Shown here piece by piece: positions 46,057 to 56,665 of a DNA stretch of 64,000 nt. Below the pieces are notes generated by a model, which was given only the letters and a program-made list of their open reading frames with translations, did not search any database and was not told the origin of the DNA. Origin of the DNA: Candidatus Aceula meridiana (GTDB lineage: Bacteria; Omnitrophota; Gorgyraeia; Zapsychrales; Aceulaceae). Within the stretch, counting starts at the first letter, position 1. Each line of letters opens with the position of its first letter. Where the stretch lies: contig JAVCDE010000033.1 in the NCBI GenBank assembly GCA_030765185.1, forward strand, positions 10,957 to 74,956, read 5' to 3'. The translations under genes were made by a program, and so were the position numbers.

Positions 46057-48533
46057 TAAACAACAATGTTAACAATTTTATTGGGAATAATGATAAACCT
46101 TTTGATAGGTTTATCAGCAATGTACTCTTTGACTTTGTCATCCACCAAAATAACTTCTTTTAACTCTTCTTCGCTTAAGTCAACCGGCATTTGGAATTTG
46201 GCGCGCAGCTTGCCATTTATTTGGACCACAATCTGAACCTCATCTAAAACAAGCATGCTTTCATCACAGGCAGGCCAGGCGACATCGCTAATGGTTTTAT
46301 CTTTTTTTCCTAACATTTTCCAAAGCTCTTCGCAGAGATGCGGGGTCATTGGCGCTAACAACATAATCACAGTTTCAATAGTCTTGTTTATGGCCGTTTG
46401 GCTTACAGCCTTAGCGCCCTGTTTTCCCTTAAGATGCTTATCAACAGAGTTTAAAAGCACCATGATACTGCTAATAGCGGTATTAAATTTAAATCCTTTT
46501 TCGATATCATCGGTAAATTTCTTTATCGCAACATTCCGGTCATGCTCTAAATCTTTATCGCTTTCGGCTGGTGCGTCATCTTTAACGTCTTTTTGATATT
46601 TTGTTTCAGCTAAATTCCACACACGAGATAAAAATCGCCAAGAGCCTTCGATGGCGTTGTCGTTCCATTCCAGCTGATCTTCAGGTGGGGCAGCAAACAA
46701 AATAAAAAGCCTTAGCGCATCCGCGCCATATTTTCCAATCACAGCATCCGGGTCAACAGTGTTACCTTTTGACTTTGACATGACCTCGCCGTCTTTTAAA
46801 ACCATCCCTTGAGTCAAAAGACGCGTAAATGGTTCTTCGAATTTAACAAGCTTAAGATCATTTAAGAATTTTGTAAAAAATCGTGAATACAAAAGATGTA
46901 AAATCGCGTGCTCAATACCGCCAATATATTGGTCAACCGGCATCCAGGTGGCCGCGTCTTTTGTATCGAAAATTTCTTTATCATTATGCGCTGAAATATA
47001 ACGCAAATAATACCAGGATGAATCAAAGAATGTTGCCATAGTGTCGGTCTCTCGCTGCGCTGCCTTACCACACTTAGGGCATTTGACATTAACAAATTCT
47101 TTGCACTTAGCTAAAGGACTTCCTCCTTCACCTGTAATTTTGATATCTTCAGGCAATTCAACAGGCAGCTCTTTTTCAGGAACAGGGACAACGCCGCAGG
47201 CGTCACAATAAATTACAGGAATAGGTGTCCCCCAATAACGCTGACGGGAAATCAGCCAATCACGCAATCGCCAATGGATAACTTTTTTACCAATTTCTTC
47301 CGCCTCCATCCAATCCGCGATTTCTTCTAAAGACTCGACATTTCCAATCCCGTTAAATTGGGCTGAATTGATAAGCGCGCCTTCGTCTTCAAAGGCTTCT
47401 TTTAAATCGTCAGCGCTAATGTCAGGCCGCTTCGGATCCTTGATGACAATACGCATTGGCAATTTATGTTCTTTTGCAAATAAAAAGTCACGCTGATCAT
47501 GCGTCGGCACAGCCATAATCGCACCGGTCCCATATTCCATTAAAACATAATCCGCAATCCAGATTGGCATACGCTCATTGTTAACTGGATTAATCGCGTA
47601 AAGGCCGGTAAATATTCCTTCTTTCTTTAATCCTCCCGCAACACGGTCGGTCTTACTAACATGACTTATTTTCTCAACAAATTGCGCGACAGCTTTTTCT
47701 TCTTTTGTGCCAGCAACCAATTTTTCAACTAAGGGATGTTCCGGCGCTAAAACAACATACGTCGCGCCAAAAATTGTATCTTGTCGGGTTGTAAAAACAG
47801 GCAAAGCCTCTTTTGTCTTTTCAACCTTAAAATAAATCTCAACACCATAGCTTTTGCCAATCCAATTCTTCTGCATAGTTTTAACGCGCTCTGGCCAATG
47901 CTTTAAAGTTTCTAGATCTTCGAGGAGTCTTTCAGAATAGTCTGTAATTTTAAGATACCACTGATTAAGATCTTTTTGCTTAACTTCAGTTTTGCAGCGC
48001 CAGCATTCGCCCTGGATAACTTCTTCATTGGCAAGCGTGGTTTCACAACTTGGACACCAGTTGACTGCTGAGGCTTTTTTGTATGCCAAGCCCTTTTCGA
48101 TCATCTTTAAAAAGATCCACTGATTCCATTTATAGTATTCTTTGTCGCAGGTGGCGATTTCGCGATCCCAATCATATGAAAATCCCATCTTCTCAAACTC
48201 TTGGTGCATTTCGTCAATACAGCGGTGGGTCCACTTAGCGGGATCGGTTTTGTGTTTAATGGCGGCATTCTCGGCAGGTTGACCAAAAGCATCGTAACCA
48301 ATCGGATGCAAAACTTCAAAACCCTGCATTTTTTTGAAACGGGCAATCACATCAGCAATGGTATAGTTGCGCACATGACCCATGTGAATTTTTCCCGATG
48401 GATAGGGAAACATTTCCAAAACATAATATTTGGGCTTTTTTGTGCTGCTGTCAGCGGCAAAAGTTTTGCTTTTCCTCCAAAACTCCTGCCACTTGGCTTC
48501 AAGCTTTTTGATGGTATCAATTGTGTATGACAT
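46056..48533 (-). CDS. leuS: Leucine--tRNA ligase
   Basis: 825 aa with HMGH ([15 protein letters not shown]) and KMSKS (VMSKSKGN) motifs and a CP1 editing domain. Confidence 0.95.
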   Translation of the reverse strand: MSYTIDTIKKLEAKWQEFWRKSKTFAADSSTKKPKYYVLEMFPYPSGKIHMGHVRNYTIADVIARFKKMQGFEVLHPIGYDAFGQPAENAAIKHKTDPAKWTHRCIDEMHQEFEKMGFSYDWDREIATCDKEYYKWNQWIFLKMIEKGLAYKKASAVNWCPSCETTLANEEVIQGECWRCKTEVKQKDLNQWYLKITDYSERLLEDLETLKHWPERVKTMQKNWIGKSYGVEIYFKVEKTKEALPVFTTRQDTIFGATYVVLAPEHPLVEKLVAGTKEEKAVAQFVEKISHVSKTDRVAGGLKKEGIFTGLYAINPVNNERMPIWIADYVLMEYGTGAIMAVPTHDQRDFLFAKEHKLPMRIVIKDPKRPDISADDLKEAFEDEGALINSAQFNGIGNVESLEEIADWMEAEEIGKKVIHWRLRDWLISRQRYWGTPIPVIYCDACGVVPVPEKELPVELPEDIKITGEGGSPLAKCKEFVNVKCPKCGKAAQRETDTMATFFDSSWYYLRYISAHNDKEIFDTKDAATWMPVDQYIGGIEHAILHLLYSRFFTKFLNDLKLVKFEEPFTRLLTQGMVLKDGEVMSKSKGNTVDPDAVIGKYGADALRLFILFAAPPEDQLEWNDNAIEGSWRFLSRVWNLAETKYQKDVKDDAPAESDKDLEHDRNVAIKKFTDDIEKGFKFNTAISSIMVLLNSVDKHLKGKQGAKAVSQTAINKTIETVIMLLAPMTPHLCEELWKMLGKKDKTISDVAWPACDESMLVLDEVQIVVQINGKLRAKFQMPVDLSEEELKEVILVDDKVKEYIADKPIKRFIIIPNKIVNIVV

Positions 48534-48730
48534 AGAGAATGTATTTTATATAAATATTAGTAGTAAGGGAAGGAAAAAGATTAACTGATGACATATTTTA
48601 CAGAACGACAGTGAACGTAAAATATCTGCCCAAATTTATCCAGCTTGCGCTGGATAAATGGCTGTAACTTTTGTAGACATTGATCCTGGCTGACTTGGGT
48701 CAGGATTTCCTTAATTAGATTATGCCAATA

Positions 48731-48764
48731 AAATAGGGCCCTCAGATTCTGCGGGCCCTATTTT
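48731..48764 (-). terminator. Intrinsic terminator after the pmp3-like gene (in the leuS leader)
   Basis: An 11-bp GC-rich stem aaatagggccc...gggccctattt. The minus-strand RNA then continues with UAUUUUAUU. Confidence 0.55.
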
Positions 48765-48787
48765 CAGAACAACTCTTAAAAAACTTC

Positions 48788-48955
48788 TTATGCTTTTTTA
48801 TCCGTTAAAACTAGCCAAAGCGCATGAATTATTCCTGGAACGCCTAAGCAAAGGGTCGCGACAATGTTAATCCAGAAATGAGTTGAAACGCCTACTTGCA
48901 TGTAAGCTGCTACAGGTGGTAAAAAAATAGACAGAATGATTTTTAAAATTGGCAT
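48788..48955 (-). CDS. Pmp3/YqaE (UPF0057) family small proteolipid membrane protein
   Basis: My own translation: MPILKIILSIFLPPVAAYMQVGVSTHFWINIVATLCLGVPGIIHALWLVLTDKKA. The family signature ..LPPLAV..G....FWINI..T..GY.PGIIHA is present. 55 aa, below the ORF-track cutoff. Confidence 0.7.
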   Translation of the reverse strand: MPILKIILSIFLPPVAAYMQVGVSTHFWINIVATLCLGVPGIIHALWLVLTDKKA

Positions 48956-48996
48956 TCTCTCCTCCTTTTTTTGTTTTCTTCGGTTAAAAATATTTT

Positions 48997-49467
48997 CTAA
49001 ACAGCGATTTGCGAATCCTTGCGGTCAATCGTCACTTCAGGTATTTCGCCTGTTTTGTCGACTGTAATGGTGTGGTAATTGGTGTCTGTCTTAAAGTAGT
49101 CTATTCCGCGTTCAATATATTGCTCATCAATCTTTTTAGGAGCAAAAAACTTTCGGCAGACTTGTCTTGCAACTTCAAGGTCAAAAGCCTTACAGCAATA
49201 AACATCGACAGAAATATAATTCTTTGGCGTGAGAGTGTGAATAACGATGGAACTTTCGATCAAAGGTGCCCAGCCAGAAAGGCCGGCTTTATCAGGAAAA
49301 CGTGTAGCATCGCTTCGGAAAATATTCGGCGGGGCCTGCTTTTCCATGCCGAGATCATCGACAATTTCATCTAAGAACTGATAGCAAGCCGAAAGGTCGT
49401 CGCAAACACCTTCCTTGCAATCATAAAGGTCTAGTAATAATTGGTATCCAAAAACTTGGTTGGTCAT
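48997..49467 (-). CDS. speH: S-adenosylmethionine decarboxylase proenzyme (small SpeH/class-1b type)
   Basis: GYQLLLDLYDC and ESSIVIHTLTP (with the self-processing Ser) motifs. 156 aa. Confidence 0.7.
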   Translation of the reverse strand: MTNQVFGYQLLLDLYDCKEGVCDDLSACYQFLDEIVDDLGMEKQAPPNIFRSDATRFPDKAGLSGWAPLIESSIVIHTLTPKNYISVDVYCCKAFDLEVARQVCRKFFAPKKIDEQYIERGIDYFKTDTNYHTITVDKTGEIPEVTIDRKDSQIAV

Positions 49468-49560
49468 TTTTCGGCACGTTCCTTTTGTTATTAGTAGTAT
49501 TCTTATACTATAAAAACATGATAAAAAGCAAGAAAAAAATACCTAAATGCAAAAGTAAGG

Positions 49561-49758
49561 CTAAAAAATCGTTAGCAAGATAAAACTAAAAATAACCGCA
49601 AAAATGACAAAAAACCAAACAACCTTTGAGCTAGAATATTTAACTCTCCCTAAAAACCCTTTCCCTGCCCTCTGAAGACTTTCTCCGCAAAAATGACATA
49701 ATAGCGCATCTTCATCAGAAATAACCATGCCGCAATGTGGGCATTGATACTCAGCCAT
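49561..49758 (-). CDS. Small zinc-ribbon protein with C-terminal TM helix
   Basis: CPHCG...CHFCG zinc ribbon followed by a hydrophobic tail. 65 aa. Overlaps the downstream gene start by 8 nt. Confidence 0.4.
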   Translation of the reverse strand: MAEYQCPHCGMVISDEDALLCHFCGESLQRAGKGFLGRVKYSSSKVVWFFVIFAVIFSFILLTIF

Positions 49759-50479
49759 GACGTTTCTCCTTTTTTCTTGCGAGAAAAATTACCAAAATCA
49801 AAGTGACGATTAAATAAGCAAAACTTAAAACAAAAACAAGCGTATTTTGCGTTAAATAATCAACCATCACCTGAGGATTCTTAAAAACAGCCTTCCCTAC
49901 GCCGCTTAAAACAAATTGAATCCAAAAAATCCTTACAGGGGAGCCAAGAATAACAAGTATTAAATATTTGCGAAACGGAATTTTTGTGAGGCCTACGCCC
50001 AAATCCAAAAACCGGAAAGGAACAATCGGAAAAGCCCGAAAAACAAAAATGCTCCAAAATCCCGAGCGTGCAATTTTCTCATCAATTTTAACAAAGCTCC
50101 CTTTAAGCCGACTTTGGATAAAATCACGGCCAAGCTTGCGGCTTAGATGAAAAAGAATAAAGGCATTTATAATCTCTGCAACCCAAATTAAAAATGTGCT
50201 TAAATACGCTCCAAAAACAACAGCCCCGACAATCTTAAAAAGGTCTTTGGCCAGCCATGCCACAAATGTCACGCCGACATAAAGTCCGATAAAAATAATG
50301 CTTGATAGTCCCGTCGGTAAACTCTTTAGAAATCCCTCATAGTCAAAATCAGTAATCTTAAGGATTTGCCCTGCTTGCCAAAATAAAACAAGCAAGAGGA
50401 TAAAAATGACAAATTTAATCTGAGGGGAAAATTTAGTATTCTGCATTCTTAAAATATTGCGCATCCTGTAATAGCTCAA
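49751..50479 (-). CDS. TVP38/TMEM64 (DedA-like) family membrane protein
   Basis: 242 aa with 5-6 TM segments. The GAVVFGAYLSTFLIWVAEIINAFILFHLSRKLGRDF core is typical of the DedA/TVP38 family. Confidence 0.55.
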   Translation of the reverse strand: MSYYRMRNILRMQNTKFSPQIKFVIFILLLVLFWQAGQILKITDFDYEGFLKSLPTGLSSIIFIGLYVGVTFVAWLAKDLFKIVGAVVFGAYLSTFLIWVAEIINAFILFHLSRKLGRDFIQSRLKGSFVKIDEKIARSGFWSIFVFRAFPIVPFRFLDLGVGLTKIPFRKYLILVILGSPVRIFWIQFVLSGVGKAVFKNPQVMVDYLTQNTLVFVLSFAYLIVTLILVIFLARKKEKRHG

Positions 50480-51869
50480 AGAATTGAGGATATTGAGACT
50501 GTTTCATTTTAACATACTGCAAGAAGTTCTGCTCTGTTTTATCACGCGTCCAAAGAACTTTTTCTCTTAAATCTCCTCTTAGCAAGAAAGAGGCATAATA
50601 ACTCATCGGTTGCATAACAGGATACAATTTTCTCAGTCTTATTTCTTTGTCTTCTAGAAAAATCGGCCTCTTTCCATCTTTCTGAAAATAATCATCCACC
50701 GCAGATTCCATCTGAAGACCGAGATCATAAAGGCTTTGCTTCTCTTTTGTTTGCTTAAGCAGAGCTTGATGTTGATAAAAAATATGTACCCCGGCAAAAA
50801 GGACAAGGACAGGAATTAATATTTTCTTTTTTCGATTAAAAAAAGAAAGCCATTCTTGGCTCTGCACAATAGATCCAAAAATCAAACAAACAATCGCCGC
50901 TATTCCGAAAGAAGGATAAAACGCATACCGCGGCGAATAAAGAAGCCTTAGCCCCCATTTACCTCGGCCAAAATAAACAAAAAGGAAATTGCCGACAATC
51001 CATAAAACAAAAAAAACGACAATCTTAAAATTTATCTTTTTTCTTTGAACAAATGCCATTAAAAAGAAAAAAACAATCAAAAACCAAGACAGATCGTGAT
51101 AAGAAGTCAACCGCGGCAAAGTATAAACCCAAATGGCTTTACCCGTCAACAGCACAGCTCCTAATAAATTTTCTAAAGGATTGGAAATAACCGAAATAGC
51201 CTTAGTTTCGACAAGAAAAAGAACAGCGCTTAAAACCCAAACTACTGAAGGCCCGATAATTGTTCTTTTCCAGCTCTTGTCTTCAAGGCATAAAATCGTA
51301 AAAAAAATAACCCATCCCCCTGTCAGAATTCCCATTGCCGAAAACAGCGGCGCTACAAAAACACACGCCATAACAAAGAAATGCCATAATGATTTCTTTG
51401 TTTGTTGATATTTTATCAAACTATAAAATGCAAAAAGAATAACCGGAAGACAAAACGTTGAGTGAGAAAAGACTGTCTCTAAGCATCTCGTGTAGCCCAT
51501 TGACCAAAGTACAAAAATACCGGCAAGAATGCCCGCCGCTTTAGAACGTGCCAGATGTTCAATAAGCTTCATAAAAATCCATCCTGACAGAAAAAAAGCC
51601 GCGATTGAAAGAACATGATAAATAAAAGGATTAACCCAAGACAGTTTAAAGCAAACAAGATAAATAAGACTGAAAAGCGGAATAAAATGTCCGTCTCCAG
51701 GCCGCATAAGATATCCAAAAAAATCTTTTATCCCATCAGCGCGAGAAATAAAATAAAAGTTATCAATATCATCTAAAGAATAAGACCACTCCAAAATTGG
51801 AATAATAATAAGGAAGGAAAAAAAAAGAACTAAAAAATAGGGATTTTTTAAAATAAATAAAACTTTCAA
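50433..51869 (-). CDS. Polytopic membrane protein, GT-C-like (possible glycosyl/arabinosyl-transferase fold)
   Basis: 478 aa with about 11 TM segments and an acidic loop (YSLDDIDNFY) after TM1, as seen in GT-C enzymes. No firm family assignment. Confidence 0.35.
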   Translation of the reverse strand: MKVLFILKNPYFLVLFFSFLIIIPILEWSYSLDDIDNFYFISRADGIKDFFGYLMRPGDGHFIPLFSLIYLVCFKLSWVNPFIYHVLSIAAFFLSGWIFMKLIEHLARSKAAGILAGIFVLWSMGYTRCLETVFSHSTFCLPVILFAFYSLIKYQQTKKSLWHFFVMACVFVAPLFSAMGILTGGWVIFFTILCLEDKSWKRTIIGPSVVWVLSAVLFLVETKAISVISNPLENLLGAVLLTGKAIWVYTLPRLTSYHDLSWFLIVFFFLMAFVQRKKINFKIVVFFVLWIVGNFLFVYFGRGKWGLRLLYSPRYAFYPSFGIAAIVCLIFGSIVQSQEWLSFFNRKKKILIPVLVLFAGVHIFYQHQALLKQTKEKQSLYDLGLQMESAVDDYFQKDGKRPIFLEDKEIRLRKLYPVMQPMSYYASFLLRGDLREKVLWTRDKTEQNFLQYVKMKQSQYPQFFELLQDAQYFKNAEY

Positions 51870-51885
51870 TTTAAAAGGATGTTTT

Positions 51886-53784
51886 TTAATTAAGAGAAGA
51901 AATATTCTTCTTTAAATAAACCATCAAGATTGAAATCGCAGATGGCGTCACGCCCGAAATGCGGTGGGCCTGGCCTAATGTCGTCGGAGTAAAACGCTTG
52001 AGTTTCTGCTGAATTTCCATCGAAAGGCCCGGAACACTCGTGTAATCCAAATTTAAAGGAATTTTAATATATTCAAGATATTTAAACCTCTCGATGTTCT
52101 TTCGCTGCTGCTGAATAAACCCTTCATATTTAAGCTCGTATTCAACCTGATCAATAATTTCTTTAGGAAGATTTTTTAAATTTCCGTTAAAAGGCGCGAT
52201 CATTTGATACGAGATACCCGGCCGTTTTAAAATATTGCTTAAAGCTGTCACGTTTCTGAGGGGAGCGCTTTGTTGCGCGCACAAGACCTCATCAATCTCT
52301 TTACAAGGCGCAATGCGCACCTTTTTCAAATGATCAATTTCTTCCTGGATAACAGCATATTTCTTCTTAACTTCTTCATAATCTTCTTTTGTCATCAAGC
52401 CAAACTGATAAGAATATTCACACATACGCCTGTCCGCGTTATCTTCACGAACAACAAGCCTATGCTCAACGCGCGAAGTAAACATGCGATAAGGCTCTTC
52501 AGTTCCCTTGGTAATTAAATCATCAATTAAAACGCCAATATACGCCTCCTCCCGCCCTAAAACAAAAGGCTCTTTTTCTTTAACTTTTAACGCCGCGTTA
52601 ATGCCAGCGACAAGCCCTTGAGCCGCGGCTTCTTCGTAGCCAGTCGTTCCATTAATTTGCCCAGCACAAAAAAAGCCTTTGATTTTCTTAGTCTCTAAAA
52701 AAGGTGTCAGTTGCGTTGAGTCAATAACATCATGCTCAATAGAATATCCATATCTCACAATCTTAGCCTTTTCAAGACCCTTGATAGAATGAACAAACTT
52801 TTCCTGAACCTTTTCCGGAAGGCCAGTAGAAATTCCATTAGGATAATAAAGATCATCATCTAATCCTTCTGGCTCCAAGAAAACTTGGTGCGTATCCTTA
52901 GCAGAAAATTTTACTAATTTATCCTCGATTGACGGACAATAACGGACACCCGTTGATTGAATTTTCCCGGAATACATAGGAGAAAGGTGCATATTCGCGC
53001 GAATAATGTCATGTGTCTTTTTATTCGTTGTTGTAATATAGCACGGTAAAAGTTTCTGTGTTTTTGGAACTTCTTTTGTAGAAAATGAAAAAGGCATAGG
53101 AGTTTCGTCAGAATCTTGACGTGTCATTTTAGAAAAATCGATACTTTTGCCATCAATGCGCGCAGGAGTTCCAGTCTTAAAACTCATCAGATCAAACCCA
53201 AGACTTTGAAGATTATTTGCAAGGCAAGTTGAATTTGATTCATTAATGCGGCCTGAAGGAAACGTCTTAGGTCCGATATGAATTTTGCCATTTAAGAAAG
53301 TTCCCGGCGTTAAAACAACTGTCTTGCAATAAACAATTTCGCCTTCTTCTGTGCGGATACCATAAACTTTAGATTTCTTCACAAGAATTTCTACCACCTT
53401 ACCTTGCTTAAAAGTAAGATTCTCTTGTTGCGCAGAAACTACCTTTTGCATATAAATTCGATACTTCTTTCTATCTGATTGGCATCGTGATGAATGCACA
53501 GCTTGACCTTTAGAAGCATTTAAGCGTCGAAACTGAATAGCGGTTTTATCAGCCGCTTTTCCCATTTCTCCTCCTAAGGCATCAATCTCTTTAACCAATT
53601 GCCCTTTGCCTACGCCTCCGATAGCCGGATTGCAACTCATCTCGCCGACGGTTTCAAAAGTAAGATTAATCATCATCGTTTTTAGGCCCATGCGGCTTGC
53701 GACTAAGGCTGCCTCGCAGCCCGCATGACCACCACCTATGACAATGCAATCATATACGCTTTTGCGCTTAAAAAATTGAATCAT
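51886..53784 (-). CDS. mnmG: tRNA uridine-5-carboxymethylaminomethyl synthesis enzyme MnmG (GidA)
   Basis: 632 aa. FAD motif DCIVIGGGHAGCEAA, and strong similarity in the C-terminal region (SISILMVYLKK). Confidence 0.95.
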   Translation of the reverse strand: MIQFFKRKSVYDCIVIGGGHAGCEAALVASRMGLKTMMINLTFETVGEMSCNPAIGGVGKGQLVKEIDALGGEMGKAADKTAIQFRRLNASKGQAVHSSRCQSDRKKYRIYMQKVVSAQQENLTFKQGKVVEILVKKSKVYGIRTEEGEIVYCKTVVLTPGTFLNGKIHIGPKTFPSGRINESNSTCLANNLQSLGFDLMSFKTGTPARIDGKSIDFSKMTRQDSDETPMPFSFSTKEVPKTQKLLPCYITTTNKKTHDIIRANMHLSPMYSGKIQSTGVRYCPSIEDKLVKFSAKDTHQVFLEPEGLDDDLYYPNGISTGLPEKVQEKFVHSIKGLEKAKIVRYGYSIEHDVIDSTQLTPFLETKKIKGFFCAGQINGTTGYEEAAAQGLVAGINAALKVKEKEPFVLGREEAYIGVLIDDLITKGTEEPYRMFTSRVEHRLVVREDNADRRMCEYSYQFGLMTKEDYEEVKKKYAVIQEEIDHLKKVRIAPCKEIDEVLCAQQSAPLRNVTALSNILKRPGISYQMIAPFNGNLKNLPKEIIDQVEYELKYEGFIQQQRKNIERFKYLEYIKIPLNLDYTSVPGLSMEIQQKLKRFTPTTLGQAHRISGVTPSAISILMVYLKKNISSLN

Positions 53785-53788
53785 AAAG

Positions 53789-53941
53789 TTATTTCTTTGG
53801 ATTTTCCTTAATAGAAAAGTAACTATTGATGACTGTCAAAACCAACAAAATTCCTACTAAGATGTTTAAATCAGGATATTGAAATCCCTGGAAGGTAATC
53901 ACTAAAACTCCAATAACCGTCAAAGTCCACAATGAATACAT
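53789..53941 (-). CDS. Small (50 aa) hydrophobic ORF, hypothetical
   Basis: My own translation: MYSLWTLTVIGVLVITFQGFQYPDLNILVGILLVLTVINSYFSIKENPKK. Two TM segments, immediately upstream of mnmG. No RBS evidence. Confidence 0.25.
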   Translation of the reverse strand: MYSLWTLTVIGVLVITFQGFQYPDLNILVGILLVLTVINSYFSIKENPKK

Positions 53942-54100
53942 TATAAGCGTGACAAATCTTCCCACCCTTTTTCCTCCATATTTTCAAAATAAAGAATTTT
54001 AAACGATCTTAAATGAAATCCTTCAAGAATTGCCTATAAGGATAGCGCCTAAATAAAAGATTGTCAACAGTCTCTTGGGTGTACAAAAAAGGAATGGAAT

Positions 54101-55114
54101 TTAATCCGAGGCAGGTGACGCGCAGGATTCGCGCGTAATAAGCTCTGGCTCTAAAAGAATCTTAACAGCAGAATGTTTGCGTCCTGCGACGATCGCATTA
54201 AGATTGCGGACAGCTTCTTCAGCCATTTTAAAGAGTGGCTGATGAACAGTCGTAAGGCTGATAGAGCCATAGAGGCCTGCAGGGTTATCGTCAAATCCAA
54301 CAACAGAAAGGTCTCTAGGGACCTTAAGGCCATTTTCAATAGCCACGTTAATGATCTCAAGGGCCATATCGTCACTGGCGGCAAAAATAGCCGTTGGGCG
54401 GTCTTTTTTAGGAAGAGCTAAAAACTTCTCAAGGGCAAGCCTCGCGCAGCGACGGGAATAATCACCTTCATAAATATATTTATCATTGATTCCAATCTTA
54501 CTTTTTTTAAAAATATTTTTATACCCTTCTAGACGGTGCATCCCGCTTTGCGTCTGAAGGCTTCCGGTTACGATTGCAATTTTTTGATGCCCTAGTCCAA
54601 CTAAATACTCTGTAGCAATTTCACCACCCTTGACATTGTCCACTGCAATGTAGTTAACGTCTAAATCGTCAACGATATTGTTCACAACCATGCAAGAAAT
54701 ATTCTCAGTCAACGCAGATTCAATTTGCTTTCGATTCTCAATAATATCTGCGAAAATAACACCGCCGACATTGGTTGTGTTTAATGGATTAAGTCCATTG
54801 GTAATATGAAAAACTAAGTCAATCTTTAAAGTTTCACAGGCGTGGCCCACTCCGCGGATTAATTCCATCGCATAAAATGAATGAAAAACACCCGGATAAC
54901 CCGGCATCACAAGCCCAACTGCCGTGCTTAGTCCCCTTGCTAGCCGCTGAGCGCTAACATTAGGCTTGAAATGTAAATGGGCAATGGCTTCTTCGACTTT
55001 TTCGCGATTTTTCTTAGAAACGGTAGAAACATTATTAATTACGCGCGAAACAGTTGTAATGGATACCCTTGCGCGCTTAGCGACATCCTCGATGCTTAGG
55101 TTTCTTTTTGTCAC
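54101..55114 (-). CDS. LacI-family transcriptional regulator
   Basis: N-terminal HTH SIEDVAKRARVSITTVSRVINN plus a periplasmic-binding-protein-like sugar-binding core. 337 aa. Confidence 0.85.
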   Translation of the reverse strand: MTKRNLSIEDVAKRARVSITTVSRVINNVSTVSKKNREKVEEAIAHLHFKPNVSAQRLARGLSTAVGLVMPGYPGVFHSFYAMELIRGVGHACETLKIDLVFHITNGLNPLNTTNVGGVIFADIIENRKQIESALTENISCMVVNNIVDDLDVNYIAVDNVKGGEIATEYLVGLGHQKIAIVTGSLQTQSGMHRLEGYKNIFKKSKIGINDKYIYEGDYSRRCARLALEKFLALPKKDRPTAIFAASDDMALEIINVAIENGLKVPRDLSVVGFDDNPAGLYGSISLTTVHQPLFKMAEEAVRNLNAIVAGRKHSAVKILLEPELITRESCASPASD

Positions 55115-55120
55115 AGTTTT

Positions 55121-56395
55121 TTATTTAATAATGTCGCCCGTTTGAAGCGGCATGGATTGTTGTTTGATATCTGCGGCAGAGATATCTTTGCGAACTTGGA
55201 TAACTTCTAACTCGCCGATATACTGTGAGCCGCGATAAACGCTGAAGGTGTCACCAATATTTGCACCAGAAGTCTCCCCGATGTCGATAATAACAAAATT
55301 ATTTTCTTGATTGATGTTGATAATTGAGCCTGCAGACTCAAAGGATGCTACAGGAGTTGTCTCCATAGGCTCAGAAGAAGGCATGTCGATTGCGCTGTTA
55401 CCGTTAACAACGATAGGCGGTAAGATAATTTCTTGGGATTGTGATCCGTTAAGTTTTCGGTCGATGTCGCGTCTAATGTCAGAAACCTCATCGATGCGGC
55501 TTTGTACAATCATTTCTGTTTCATCGAGTTTTTTTTCAATCTTATTCTTATCGCTCTGCAGCCTGGAAACACTCCTCTCTAAAATCACTTTAAGCGCTCC
55601 CAGCTGTTTGACCTGGGAGCGCAGTGATAAATTTTCATCTTTGATCTTTCCTAGATGCTCGTCTATAAACTGTTTATTATTCTTCTCACGTACTAAGTCT
55701 ACCGAAAGATTATCAATCATCTCTTGTGTACGTTTTGCTTTTTGTTCAATTTCGTCTCTCTCGTTCTTTAGATAACTAACTTCTAACCCTAAGTCGGTAT
55801 TTTCTTTCTTGAGCTCTTCAATCTCGATTGAGCTCTCAGCCAATTCATTTTCTAAATCTCCAACGCGTAAGCTCAATTCAGCTTTTTCTTGTAAAACATC
55901 AGCCCAATAGCTTTCAAGTTCTTTATCTGGTTCTTGGTCGACAGTCTGAGAAATCACAACAGGCGCAGCCTTTTGTATTGGTTTCTCTTGAAGCTTGGCA
56001 ATAGCATCATCTCTCTCTGTTTGAACTTCCTTATAACGATTTTTCCATTCATCTTTTGCTGCAGTTGCTTTTTCAATCTTATTGTTCATTTCAGCAATAC
56101 GATCTTGAAAAGCCTCAACTTGCCCAGTAAGCTCATCAACTTGATCCTCTAAATCTTCTTTAAAAGCAACAGCCTCCTCTGCTCTTTTAGACAACTCGTC
56201 TTTTTCTTGAGCCAAGGCCTCGGACTGCTTTTGACTCTGAATCAATTTCTTTTTTTGCTCGGACAATTCTGTCGTTATTTTTGCGTTGGCTTCGTCTAGT
56301 TCGGTCTTTTGGCTTAACGTCGAAAGAGCAATCCCAACACTCACAAGTAAAAGCAGAGCTAAAATAATAATAATCTGCTTAGCAACTTTTGACAT
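55121..56395 (-). CDS. Membrane-anchored long coiled-coil protein with small C-terminal beta domain
   Basis: TM helix, then about 300 aa of heptad-rich E/K/Q sequence, then C-terminal IIDIGETSGANIGDTFSVYRGSQYIGELEVIQV. It ends 6 nt upstream of the LacI-family gene. Confidence 0.4.
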   Translation of the reverse strand: MSKVAKQIIIILALLLLVSVGIALSTLSQKTELDEANAKITTELSEQKKKLIQSQKQSEALAQEKDELSKRAEEAVAFKEDLEDQVDELTGQVEAFQDRIAEMNNKIEKATAAKDEWKNRYKEVQTERDDAIAKLQEKPIQKAAPVVISQTVDQEPDKELESYWADVLQEKAELSLRVGDLENELAESSIEIEELKKENTDLGLEVSYLKNERDEIEQKAKRTQEMIDNLSVDLVREKNNKQFIDEHLGKIKDENLSLRSQVKQLGALKVILERSVSRLQSDKNKIEKKLDETEMIVQSRIDEVSDIRRDIDRKLNGSQSQEIILPPIVVNGNSAIDMPSSEPMETTPVASFESAGSIININQENNFVIIDIGETSGANIGDTFSVYRGSQYIGELEVIQVRKDISAADIKQQSMPLQTGDIIK

Positions 56396-56611
56396 AATTC
56401 CTCACTTGTTAAATAAATTCATTTTAAATACTGATATAATTTTATGTTATTCTTAATATATCAAAGAGTTAGATACAAAACAAGAAAAAGTATATTTTTT
56501 ATTATATTAATAAAAAAATAATTACTAACCCTGCGAATGCGGTGTTATTTCGTACAACGATTTACCCTCACCAGCGCTCCGTAAATTATACCCTTAATAA
56601 CTTAATAAAAT

Positions 56612-56641
56612 AAAGAGGGCTAGAAATTTCCAGCCCTCTTT
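56612..56641 (-). terminator. Intrinsic terminator after the lipoprotein gene
   Basis: A 10-bp stem aaagagggct...agccctcttt. The minus-strand RNA is then followed by AUUUUAUU. Confidence 0.55.
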
Positions 56642-56665
56642 ATAGAATAATACTTGCTCTGCTCT

